Shown: positions 10,533-23,300 of the stretch, piece after piece
Numbering within the stretch: the first letter of the stretch is position 1
Layout of the letters: the number at the start of each line of letters is the position of its first letter
Assembly: GCA_040954595.2 (NCBI GenBank)
Contig: CM082591.2
Span: forward strand, 11,177,309-11,241,308
Length of the DNA stretch: 64,000 nt
Origin: Balanoglossus misakiensis
Taxonomy: Eukaryota; Animalia; Hemichordata
Direction of reading: 5' to 3'
The notes under the pieces: model-generated
What the model saw: the letters and a program-made list of their open reading frames with translations, nothing else
Told to the model about the DNA's origin: nothing
Databases searched by the model: none
Program-made: the position numbers and the translations under genes

Positions 10533-10574
10533 CAAACGGTCCTTTTCAGGACCAACACAATTTCCAAGAAGAGA
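10533..10574 (+). terminator. Histone-type 3' stem-loop plus HDE
   Basis: CAAAC GGTCCT TTTC AGGACC AACAC AATTTC CAAGAAGAGA. Stem-loop at 10538-10553, 42 nt after the TGA at 10493-10495. Confidence 0.88.
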
Positions 10575-12088
10575 ACTACCGATTTTATGGATGTGTGCAT
10601 GTTCATGTGTGATAAATTTGGTATGATCATATCCCCATTTTCAGGTCACGCACACTTTGCAATCAACGCCAAAATGTATCAATGGTGCCCAATTTTGATT
10701 TGCATAATATGTCAATCACGCAGATTCAAACTGAACATCGTACCGATATACCCGTCATATCTCGGGGACAAAATGATTTCATCTTCGGTTTTCGAAAGTA
10801 TTTTCAAATTGTATTGCACCCGAAACCGCGGATGTCGTGCTAAATAAACTCATGCACTCCTTTCTGAATTTAGAGACAAAAAAAATCATCGGTAGACCTA
10901 AATTTACTCTCTTTTATGGACAACGTCCGTTCTGTTGTTAGTGAGTTTGAATCTCCCACCATTATGAGAAGCAGGGGTTTCACTAAAATTTGAAGTAGAG
11001 GGCCATATTGGCAAAGTAGGGGGCCAATTATGCGGGGCCGGGGACATGTTGACCTTTGACCCCCCCCCCAATCATGTTGACCTTTGACCCCCCCCCCCCA
11101 TTCTACACACAAACACATACACACAAACTCATATGATTTCACTTCAGACACCTTTTATTACAGCACTAGTCAATCAAATCCAAAGTCACTATCAGGGTCT
11201 GAATCCTCTGATGGTAAATCCAAAACACATGCACTTGTTATTCTAGTTTAACAAATCATTTAAAGGCTTTTGACTGTGATAGTACACATTTCAATGGCCT
11301 CCCCATGAAGACCTAGTAAAACAAATTTTCCCAAATCATTTAGCATATTTGGCTAAAATGTAAGTGATCTCCGCTCCCCCCCCCCCCCCTCGGCCGTAAA
11401 AACTGAACGGTCCCTAAAGCAATGATTTCTGTCCTGATAAAATCGACAAATTACTGATGGAAAAAACTGTTCTGCTGCTGAAAAAAACACAAAAAACGCC
11501 TGCCTTTTTTTATTCTTTTTGACATCACTAATTGCCCTGAACATCGATCTCACGGGTGTCTGCCGCGGCCGTCTGTAGACGCGCGGACACATGGCATGAC
11601 CTCTAACAAAAGTTGCTACATCTTTTGTCAAGTTTTAGATATTTTGTTGCGACCGGAACGCTGAGATGCGTTAGTTGTTGCAATTTGTGCGTTACTACGT
11701 CAATGATACTATTTATAGGACGCCTGTCTAAAGATAACTGGTGCGCCGAGTGAAATGGGCAACGCGTACTGTTTCACGATCCGGTGAAATGCGATCGTGA
11801 CTCGCGATTTTCCAGGAGTTTCAAGGAGAAATTTTGAATTTCTAGGAGATTTCAGGAGTTTCCAGGAGGGGTTTCAAATTCCAGGAGTTTCCAGGAGCGT
11901 ACGAACCCTTATTTATGAGCGTGAAAGAGTATACAAATAAAAATAACCCTAATGGGTTAAGGAAAAGTAGACGGCCAGTTCAGTGCAAGTACCCGGCCAA
12001 TTGGCCGGTGGCCGGCGCTTAGCGAAAACCCTGAGAAGTCTCGCAAAATCTCGCCCTTTTATACGGGAGTTGGGGGTTTAAGCTGTAA

Positions 12089-13428
12089 TTAAAGCTGCAA
12101 GCAGAATTGAAGGGGCCCAAGCATAGAGATAATAACCATTAGACTCCATTCAGGGTTGTACCATTCAAATGCGTAGGCTGTATTTGCTCTGGATGTGGAG
12201 ATATGGGAAAGTAGGCAACCACCCGAAATGGACTATTAAACATTCACAAAGGTACTGCACCAGCTCCCATAGGCCTGCACCACTGTGCAAAGTTTGAGAT
12301 TTGTAGGTTCAGCCGTTTTCAAGATCCTATTGGGCAAAAAAACTACACAAGAAAAAGAAGAGGATGATTAAAGCTGCAAGCAGCATTGTCGGGGTCCAAG
12401 CGCTGATCCGGTATTATATATGCATGTAGTATGGATGAGAAGAAACAGAATGCTCTATCGGGTGTTTTATCTCATGACATAACAAGGACGTATGTATTTT
12501 TGCTGCTGAAACAGAGTAAAGTAGGTCAAAGGTCACCTGAGGTCACCCAAAATTGGGCAAGAAATTTTAACCCCATTCTGGTCCATGTTCAACAAAAATC
12601 AAACCTCTAGCCCTATTGGTTAGTCTGGAATTAGGTATGCACATAATTAATGAGATAAGCAGGTGTCACAGGTGACCCCCAATTTTGTCTTTTCAATTTT
12701 AGCCACAACCCTCCAAACGCCAAGTCTGTACCTGCTGTGGATGCCGAGATATAGGAAAGTAGGTCAAAGGTCGCCTGAGGTCACCCAAAATTTGGGCAAA
12801 AATTTTTGATCCCATACTGGTCCATGTCCCACAAGAACAAAACCTCTAGCCTAATAGTTAGCCCGGAATTAGGTATGCACATAATTAATGAGTTAAGCAG
12901 GTGTTACAGGTGAGCCCAAAATTTTGTCTTTTATTTTGGTCCCATTCAGCTCACGGGCCACTAGACTGTCACTGTACAGGACAATTGCACAGACGTGGAC
13001 ATAGCGTCATAGCTTAACTATAGAAAGTATAGGCCTATGGCTGGCTCCACAAATATGACAAATAATATTTAATAATCTTCTTCTCAAAATAGACTTGGCC
13101 CACGGCCTTGACATTTGGCATGTAGGACACTGACCACATGGTCCGTAAAATAATTGCTAAAAGAATTTTGATATCTTCATTCATATGCAAATTAGGCCCA
13201 TTTGAAAACTTTGCCCATATATGGTCATCAGGTCACATGACTTATTAAACATTCACGAGGGTACTGCACCAGCTCTCATAGGCCTGCATCACTGTGCCAA
13301 GTTTGAGATTTGTAGGTTCAGCCGTTTTCAAGATCCTATTGGGCAAAAAAACTACACAAGAAAAAGAAGAGGATGAAAAAAGCCAGTAATACCAATAGGG
13401 CCCAAACCTGCTTGGCTTGTGCCCTAAA
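12089..13428. repeat. Interspersed repeat with internal duplications (two nested or tandem copies)
   Basis: ttaaagctgcaagcag at 12089 and 12368. About 135-bp direct repeat at 12234-12367 / 13243-13376. About 240-bp tandem unit at 12515 / 12755. Confidence 0.6.
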
Positions 13429-15107
13429 AACTCCAGCAATAACAGAATTATATGATACGGTACAAGTACCGGAGGCTTGATGGGGGGCCCTCTAAAGACA
13501 GAAGCTATTAAGATACGGTCAGATTGATAATCTACGCTGAATTCTACTAATGAATGATTGTCCCCTATCGTCATGTAAACAGTCTGATTTGTGCGGAACC
13601 ATCACCAGATACAATATGCAGCACGATAAACATGTATGGCGGCCCATGGCTGCCTCTGGTAAAATGCATAAATATATCTATAGTTTGTGTGTTTTTGTTT
13701 GTGTTTTTGTTTGTTTGTGTGTTTTTGTTTGAAAAAAAAATGAAAAGAAATTAAAATCTAAACAAAATATAAATATAAATAAAATAAAAACGATATTAAA
13801 AACAAAATTGAATAAAAAAAAATTGAAAAGAAAAGAAAACAATAAAATGAAAAGAAAATGAAAAGAAATTAAAAACAAAACAAAATAAAAATATAAATAA
13901 AAATAAAATAAAAGCGAAATTAAAAAAAAAATGAATAAAAAAAATTGAAAAGAAAAGAAAAGAAAATGAAATGAAAATAAATAAAAAAAAGTAAAAAAAT
14001 AAATAAAATAAAAACGAAATTAAAAACAAAATTGAATTTAAAAAAATGAAAAGAAAAGAAAACAAAATAAAATGAAAAGAAAATGAAAAGAAAAGAAAAC
14101 AAAATAAAATGAAAAGAAAATGAAAAGAAAAAAAAAATTTAAAAGTGAAATGAAATGAAATGAAAATTTTTTCACCCATGGACTACAGCTGCCATAGTCC
14201 ATGGACAAAGGCTGCCGTTAGCCTACAGCTGCCACAGTATACAACAATGCATTTCGGTTTTCTTGGAAACAACATGGCGGCCTTCCGAACAAATGCGTGG
14301 ATGGAGGACCTCACATGAACAAGGTTGGGCCGGCCGGGGGCTGTCATCATCGCCTGTCTCGTAAACTAGCCGAGCTTAGGAAATGCTGGATGATGTAACT
14401 GCAAAATTTGAGAACATATTGAGGTAGGTGCAGTGGCATAAAATGTTGAGTTTTCGAGTACATCACTCATCATATATTTTTAAAGAAGGTCCTTTCATTT
14501 GCACTTTACATCATAAAATAACGATGATTTTTGGAACATGGCGGATTGCAGCAGTGTTTTCCTGTCATCTGTATCATGTGTATATGCATCGTAAAATAGT
14601 GATATTAAATATTACTTCGCAGATCACGGATCATATACAAGGACTACGGCGTGGACAATGTTTAAGGAGGCAATGAAGGAGAAGAGAGCCGGGACAAGGA
14701 AGGCGAGAAAAGATCGCGGAGACGTACTTGGTTAGTTATATGCGTTGTGTGTGAATACTTTCATCCAATCACCGTGACGCGCCATGGCAGTCACACGGGA
14801 CATAACACGATCAGAACCTGGCAATCGTCCGACCCACACTACTCAAAACCAGTGGCGAGGTGGTTTCTTCTATTTTTACATGTAACTCTATGGGGAAATT
14901 AGCACAAATGTACCCAACCACGCCATTTCTAGTCTGCTCATTACATTCTTACACAGAATGTTTATTTAAAAAGGGCCATGTCCTATCCTGGAACCTAAGT
15001 TGATGTACCTGTATACAGTGCTCATCAAATGAGAAAACTGGAGTGAGGGTCATCTGGTGGACTAAAACTTGTCTGAATATTTGTTCTTGTATTTGAATTT
15101 TTCACAG

Positions 15108-15304
15108 GTTGGGAAGTCAGTGATGATGAATTGCAAGAGGTGGCCATTCAAGCTGGTATTCTTGACATTGGAATAGACTTCCTTGAACCAGACTTCCGTA
15201 GAGAATGTGAACGTTTAATACCATTTCCAAGAGTTGTCAAGCCGTGTGAATGTAGTGATGCTTTCCACTATCTGAAGGATAATTATAGCACACACCCACG
15301 CTGA
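15108..15304 (+). pseudogene. Terminal exon relic, probably of the element's integrase-type transposase
   Basis: Acceptor ttttcacag| followed by an open frame (G)WEVSDDELQEVAIQAGILD..FRRECERLIPFP..CSDAFHYLKDNY to TGA. Confidence 0.45.
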
Positions 15305-15415
15305 AAATGTCTGCAAAAATGTCAAACATGCTGTGACAGAACGCAAAAAGTGTTTTGAAAACATGGTTCGCAATCTCATTATGATCACTTCAGTCCAGTT
15401 TGACTAACTGCTCTG

Positions 15416-16083
15416 AATGCTTTACGAAGCCCACCAGAAGCAATGGTTTTTTGTCTTTACATGTTATTTTATATCAAATGAAAATAGACTGATCATTTTT
15501 GAAGATTTTTCATTGATGACTTTGCCTAGCAGTAAGTGATAGAAGTGGTTACATTACTTGCATTTCATTTGTCTTAAGTTGTAAATTTATTTTCTCAGTT
15601 TTTATTGAAATAAAATTCATGAAAAGAATTAAGAGGGTATACTCTGAATCAAAGATGTTTCTGAAATGTACCTGAAAATTGCTGTTGGAAACTTTCAGTG
15701 CCAGGTAGAAAAATTCAACTTTTACCATCAATCATCATCCTTTTTTTATAATGCTTTACGAAGCCCACCAGAAGCAATGGTTTTTTGTCTTTACATGTTA
15801 TTTTATATCAAATGAAAATAGACTGATCATTTTTGAAGATTTTTCATTGATGACTTTGCCTAGCAGTAAGTGATAGAAGTGGTTACATTACTTGCATTTC
15901 ATTTGTCTTAAGTTGTAAATTTATTTTCTCAGTTTTTATTGAAATAAAATTCATGAAAAGAATTAAGAGGGTATACTCTGAATCAAAGATGTTTCTGAAA
16001 TGTACCTGAAAATTGCTGTTGGAAACTTTCAGTGCCAGGTAGAAAAATTCAACTTTTACCATCAATCATCATCCTTTTTTTAT
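15416..16083. repeat. Apparently exact 334-bp tandem duplication
   Basis: Units 15416-15749 and 15750-16083. Identical ORF translations at 15549 and 15883. Confidence 0.92.
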
Positions 16084-16946
16084 CTTGTGTCAATATGATA
16101 TGCATAGTAAACCCACAAGACTGTGTACATACAATAGACTACTTTCATGACCCCTACATGACCTTCACATCCTGCCAATTTGAGTGTAACTCTGGAAGTG
16201 AATGATACTGTTGAATTTGTGGTCTACCCCACGCTAGAACAAAAATATAAATTTTGTCTGCTATAAATGGATGAATCTCGTATAATGTAGAATGGTGCAT
16301 GATGTCATACCAACAAATTACCAGGATGTAAGGTCACTCTGGGGTCATCGATGTGGCCTATTAGCTATGCTTATGTATTTTTAAAACAACAGCACTTAAT
16401 TTGATGAACTGTGGGTACAGATTTCACACAAAACTGAGTAATTTAGCAAAGTCATGCATAACTAATTGATCATTTGCATATTTTTTAAAATTTATCAAAA
16501 CACAGTCTATTCACTTCATGGATCTGGTGGTTGATTCTCCATGATGATTATATCAACATACATATGGCTATACTCACAGGTCACATGTCAATAAAACAAC
16601 AGCATATAGGAAGATTTTGGTGCTCTGGTTCAAACACACATTTTATTACAAACAAGGAACTTGCAAAAGTTACCAAAATACAGTTTAGTTTAGTAAACAA
16701 GCATCTGAATGGTTCCTGCACAACTCAAAACTTTTATAATATCAAATTACTAATGCAGCAATGATGTGCATCAGTAAGATATTTTTTCACCACCCAATCA
16801 GAAGTAGCAAATTTAGGAGTTTGACTGACTGACTGCTCTGAATGCTTCACGAAACCCACCAGAACCAAATGGTTCTTTGTCTATAGTAAACTCCACAAAT
16901 TACTAATGCAGCAATGATGTGCAAACACCAACGAAGGTAAAATGCT

Positions 16947-17276
16947 TTGTCAACAATAGAGGCCACTAACCAGACTACTGAAGAGCATACCAAAAAAGTT
17001 GTACAGATGCACTCCTTAGCCAAAAATTTTGCCGAACGACTTGAACATCATCTCAAAAAGAAAAATGTTTTGCATCAGTATGGTGAAACACTTAAGTACA
17101 ATGACATTTTCCTAGGGAAAATGCAAACAGCAGAATTTGTAACTGTTGAAGAGTATATCAGTGGTGACTTTGTCAAATACACCAACAATGATGGTTCAAT
17201 TGGTAAATCAAATTCTGATTTACGCAATAAAGCTGAGAGCCTTGCACACTTGAAACTCTCTTGGACCAATCCGTGA
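16947..17276 (+). pseudogene. Alpha-kinase (eEF2K/MHCK-like) catalytic domain fragment
   Basis: VQMHSLAKNFA..FVTVEEYISGDFVKYTNNDG..KAESLAH. Lacks the N-lobe and the C-terminal DxQG/LxDP motifs. Confidence 0.75.
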
Positions 17277-20200
17277 GTACTTCTGGGCTTTTCCTGTCAC
17301 TTCTGTTGACAGCCTCTGGACAACAATTTGTTCACCTAAAATGACAGAAATGAATGATATAGCATTGTCAACATTATTGCACAATTGTTAGAAAATTGTG
17401 AGAAGCTATATGGCTATATATAGCTTATCCCAGCAACTTACAAACATAACCACAAAACAGAATCTCTTTAGGAAGACTTATTTTTTTCTTCACAGTCAAA
17501 TATTGTGCAAAACACTAACAACATACATGTCAGCCCACTCTTGAAGTTAGCCTTTTAAATTTGAAAATGATCCACTACATTTTAAATTACACTACATTCC
17601 TGCTTTTACAGGCTCTGGCTACACTGTGATTGGTCACAAGTTTTCATGTAATGAGCAGACTAGAAATGGCATGGTTGGGTACATTTGTGCTAATTTCCCA
17701 TAGAGTTACATGTAAAAATAGAAGAAACCACCTCGCCACTGGTTTTGAGTAGTGTGGGTCGGACGATTGCCAGGTTCTGATCGTGTTATGTCCCGTGTGA
17801 CTGCCATGGCGCGTCACGGTGATTGGATGAAAGTATTCACACACAACGCATATAACTAACCAAGTACGTCTCCGCGATCTTTTCTCGTCTTCCTTTTCCC
17901 GGCTCTCTTCTCCTTCATTGCCTCCTTAAACGTTGTCCACGCCGTAGTCATTGTATATGATCCGTGAGCTGCGAAGTAATATTTAATATCACTATTTTAC
18001 GATGCATATACACATGATACAGATGACAGGAAAACACTGCTGCAATCCGCCATGTTCCAAAAATCATCGTTATTTTATGATGTAAAGTGCAAATGAAAGG
18101 ACCTTCTTTAAAAATATATGATGAGTGATGTACTCGAAAACTCAACATTTTATGCCACTGCACCTACCTCAATATGTTCTCAAATTTTGCAGTTACATCA
18201 TCCAGCATTTCCTAAGCTCGGCTAGTTTACGAGACAGGCGATGATGACAGCCCCTGGCCGGCCCAACCTTGTTCATGTGAGGTCCTCCATCCACGCATTT
18301 GTTCGGAAGGCCGCCATGTTGTTTCCAAGAAAACCGAAATGCATTGTTGTATACTGTGGCAGCTGTAGGCTAACGGCAGCCTTCGTCCATGGACTATGGC
18401 AGCTGTAGTCCATGGGTGAAAAAATTTTCATTTCATTTCATTTCACTTTAAAAAAATTTTTTTTTTTTTTTACTTTTTTTTTCTTTTCATTTTCTTTTCA
18501 TTTTATTTTGTTTTCTTTTCTTTTCATTTTTTTTTCATTTTATTTTGTTTTCTTTTCTTTTCATTTTTTTAAATTCAATTTTGTTTTTAATTTCGTTTTT
18601 ATTTTATTTATTTTTTACTTTTTTTATTTCTTTTCATTTTCTTTTCATTTTCTTTTCTTTTCTTTTCAATTTTTTTTAATTCAATTTTGTTTTTAATTTC
18701 GTTTTTATTTTATTTTTATTTATATTTTTATTTATATTTTTATTTTGTTTTGTTTTTAATTTCTTTTCATTTTCTTTTCATTTTATTGTTTTCTTTTCTT
18801 TTCAATTTTTTTTATTCAATTTTGTTTTTAATATCGTTTTTATTTTATTTATATTTATATTTTGTTTTGTTTTTAATTTCTTTTCAAACAAAAACACACA
18901 AACAAACAAAAACACAAACAAAAACACACAAACTATAGATATATTTATGCATTTTAGCATTGGCAGCCACGAGCCGCCATAAACATGTAGGGAGCGTTCA
19001 CTTACTGTATGGGTGAGTCGGGTTGTAATAGGCCCGTCTCGGAGGGTGAGGCACTTTTTTAAATTTACACAATAGTAAATTTGACACGTACATTTTGCTC
19101 AAAACATTTACAACCTTTAAGGTGAGTGTATTTTTCCCATTATTGAACAACGCAGATCAGTAAAGGATTGCATCTTACGTGACCACGCACATTAAATCCC
19201 TCAGACACACCCTTACTGTAATAAATGAAAACTCTCTAATTACGAGTACACTCAACAATGCCCTTCAACAGTTCTGTCACGCCATCCAGGCCATGTTTCT
19301 AAAATTGTATTTAAGTCCGAACTTGAATGCGTTTTTCAACAATAACAATGCCCGATACACAAACACATCACTTATTTACAGAAAACTTGGTAGGTTGGGA
19401 GGCTACAGGGCTGGAATCGAACACGAAAATGTAGTTGATACACAAAGCAAACATAACCAGATGGTCCTTTAAAACGTCCCGTTCCTGTCGAACTCATAAA
19501 TTCTCTCGATGAATCGGAAATCACATTGCGATATTGGTCAGAGTCTATTCTAGGAATGAGTGTCACCAAAGATGCTTGCAATAATGATTGGATTGTCTCT
19601 AGGATCGGAGCCGCAAGCTGCAGTGAGGCCGAAGGCTGAAACCTCGGTCATAAAAAAAAGAATCTTTCCCCTTTCTTACTACAACAACAACAACAACTAA
19701 AAGTACAGTTCCTGAATTCGGCGCGCCCTGTCAACACTGCTTTATACGAAAGACGTGACACGCATAACTGCAAGTGCCTGAGGATGTCACGTAATTAGTG
19801 AGACAGTAAATTAACTTGGCAACGGCGCAGCATCACTGGTTGTATATGGCAACAGTAACCATTTCAAGACACTAAATGGAATTCGTTTCGTTCAGACCAA
19901 AATAAAATGACGATCCGAACAGCCAGGAAAGTCGATATCGAGCCATCTTTCTCGTTCAACAATTTTGGCCGTGCAAATCATTGTATAAATAGTCACACTC
20001 GGGGAATAATACAACATGTTAGCCATTTAAACTTAAAAATAAGACCTTCCGGTTTTATTATTTTTAATCAAACATCTTGTACACGAGCATTGCATAGCAT
20101 ATGTAGTTGGGTACGTGCGTGAACGATGCACGTGACTGAGGGTATTAATTAAATGTATTGTTTGGGCAGGCATACAGTCATTAACAGCGCTGCGCAGCAT

Positions 20201-20344
20201 CACTGCATGGTCCAAAGACCAATGCGCATGAAAATGTAACGGTTTGCTGACATGCGCAAACCCATCGGGGTTGGGATACCGGCGATGGAAGGACATCTGT
20301 GTTCGTTCATTATCACACAGTAGTCTAGAGCAGTGTTTGCTGGC

Positions 20345-23300
20345 ATGGCCACTGAAGAGGAATCAAAGTCTCTTCTGACAAACATTTTTCGATCTGTAAA
20401 TTCGGAATATCCCGATCCTATTGAAACCAAGATCACAGGTAGGTACAGGACGATTACGTTTTCCGATCAGACAGGGTCAAGAATGTCTCTAAATATACAC
20501 GGTGTTTAGCGAGTATACAATACATATTCCAATGTATTATGAATATATAAAAATTGCCTTGTTTGTCAAGACCGTATCGTTAGATAAGAAATCAGACATT
20601 TAGCGAATTAAATGAGCTTTGATAAAAAAACGTTTTAATGCACTTGAACTGTGTAGTACGCATCACCAGACCATATGGCGATGTGTTTCTTACATAAGTC
20701 ATTATTTTTCGTACTGTAAAAGCCCCGCTGATGTAATAAAAAGGCATAATGATGTACATTGTACTGACAACGGTGACTTCAACCAAAAGCGCAGCGTGAT
20801 GCAATTGTGTAAAAGGAAACGGTGTGTTGTATGCCACACCCTAAGCATCTATACTGGCAGCAAAGGGATCTGCATAGAATAAAGGTGGAAATAATAAACA
20901 CTGTCGTGAAATAGCTCGCATGCAAGCAATGCTGGCCTTGAGACAGTTTATTTTATTGAAAATATCCGTATGAGTTCAGTGGGTCTGATAAATAGTCTGC
21001 GATACACATATTCATGGACATGCACTATCATAATGTATACGGTCCCCAACAATATCCACAGTTCCCATGACGAGCTGTCATCTAACGTCAGATAATTACA
21101 TGGTCATTCTAATACCAATAACCATATTATACACATGTATTTCAGGGAAATTACCGGACTGGCTGAACGGCAGCTTTCTTCGAAACGGGCCTGGATTATT
21201 CGAAGTGGGTGATCAGTCCTACAACCACGTCTTCGATGGCCTGGCTTTATTACATAGATTTAACATCAAGAATGGTCAAATCACATATCAAAGTCGATTT
21301 CTACGCAGTGATGTGTACAAAGACAACATGAAGGCAAATCGAATATTGCACCATGAATTCGGAACTCTGTCCTACCCCGATCCATGTCGCAGTATTTTCC
21401 ATCGCCTCTTCTCCTACTTCCAACCACCGAAACTTGAAGATAATTGTAACATAAACTGGTTGACTCTTGGTGATGACCTGTATGTCTGTACGGAGTCTCA
21501 ATACCTTAGAAAGGTTGACCCTGTTACCTTGGAAACCAGCGAAAAGGCAAGTGTTAAGATTCATGTTGTCGGAAATCCGTGTATTTCTATTGGCCAGTCA
21601 CGAACAAGAAGTCGTACAGCATAAATTGCAAAAAGACTTATTAGAGAGGTTATCAAGTGTGCATGTATTGTCCATTTCCCGATTAAAGGGACAAAGTCTC
21701 TCTCTTGCTGCCCTTTTTTCCATTAATCATGTTTGATATAAGACACCGTTTATATTGATGTACATGTGGATATACAGTGAATCAACTTTCAACCACACAC
21801 AACTTCCATCCCACTTGTAGACACGATAGTGAATTTGACACGTCAATTGACACGTACGGTCTCTGTAGAAGAGTGATGGCGCTGTTTCCCGTAAAACGCT
21901 GACATTATTTTGTGCTTGTGTTACAGCTCGACTACTCAAAGTACATCGCAGTAAACACAGCTTCAGCACATCCTCACACGCTACCAGATGGCACCGTTTA
22001 CAACATTGGATATTCCTTCGGTATTAATACAAGGTACAATATCATTAAAATAAACCCACCTAGTAAAGGTAAGTTGCCACGACAACAACAAGTCCTCGAA
22101 ATGAAACGCAGAGTTTCTCGGTCGACAAAACACCAATTACATGATCTAGAAATGTTAGGATTTGTTTAAAATTTTCATGCTCTGAATATCACTGCTAATC
22201 GCAAGATTTGGTAACAGAGAAGTTGGGCCACCATAGAAGAATAGAAGAAAGGGGAAAGGGAACAAGATTTGCTTCTACAAACATATACATAATCTTTGAA
22301 ACACAAATACTAACATTATTTTGAAACTATCAACTGTATCTTACTTGAGTTCTTACACAATTTCTTAATTTTATTTTATTTATTTATTATTTAAACCAGG
22401 ATTTAAAATGCATCCCATAGAACAGCTGAAATGTAGTCAGCATAACGGCACTGACAGAAAAACAGCAACAAAAGACAATCAAAAACAACACAAGGCAACA
22501 CGACAAACAGACAAAAGACAGTAATAGTTAATAGTTTTATCTTCACTCTGATCTATTTTGAAAGCTGCCTAAAAGGATTATTATTTCACCTCTTCTCAGG
22601 AAATGACGCCTTACTCAACGCCTCCATAATATGCTCAATTCCAACGCGACATCGCTTGTATCCGTCTTACTTTCACAGTTTTGCAATCACCGACAACTTT
22701 ATTGTGTTTCTTGAACAACCTTTATTCGTAAATGTCCTGAAAATCGCATCAGCGAAATTCAACGGAAAGGCCTTCGACAACGCACTTGAATTCGACCCAA
22801 AAAGCCATGCGGTCTTTTACGTTATTGATCGTAATACGGGCCAAATGGCGTCATCAACCAAATACGTCACAGAGGGATTTTTCTGCTTTCATCACGTGAA
22901 TGCATATGAAGATGGCGATTTTATCGTTGTGGACTTGTCTGCTCACACAGACATCAGAATTATACAATCGACTCTCTTTGAAAATCTCCGAACGAACAAG
23001 AAACCAATCCTCAACATAGCGGTCAGGCGTTATACAATACCAGTAAAAATTCCGAAGGTAATCAAAGGGACAAAGTCGACTTGTGACATTATTTATTGGA
23101 TTTGGCATTTTGTTTTGATAGATTGTTTATGTTGTTCTGCTCACCTAAAAGCCCACGATCATTTTATGCGCATGTGAATATTAAATTGCGCGTGTACAAA
23201 CATTACGTCGAATATAAATTTTCTGCAAATTTTGCTTTCAACGCATTCAAATAGTGGACTACCTTCGCTGTCTTCCATATATCATGCGCACTGTATAAGT

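Larger units (their letters stand above)
9921..10860 (+). mobile_element. Probable Kolobok-like non-autonomous element; right end unresolved
   Basis: Starts TTAA|AGGCGGAAC, like the other TTAA-AGG elements in the window. Has a subterminal perfect palindrome and carries a decayed Cys-rich ORF. Confidence 0.4.
13635..18981 (+). mobile_element. IS3EU-like non-autonomous DNA transposon with about 1.3-kb TIRs
   Basis: Termini TATGGCGGC..GCCGCCATA (TAY..RTA). 6-bp TSD AACATG at 13629-13634 and 18982-18987. Inverted arms at 13635-14946 and 17646-18981 include A-rich/T-rich low-complexity tracts. Confidence 0.8.

Noticed and set aside
13678-14179. Phe-rich membrane-like ORFs here and at 18412-18938
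   Set aside because: Translations of A-rich/T-rich low-complexity tracts within TIRs.
13627-18989. 10-bp (MULE-like) or 8-bp TSD reading of the 5.3-kb element
   Set aside because: Formally possible because the flanks are TA-symmetric, but TATGG..CCATA ends with a 6-bp TSD fit IS3EU better.
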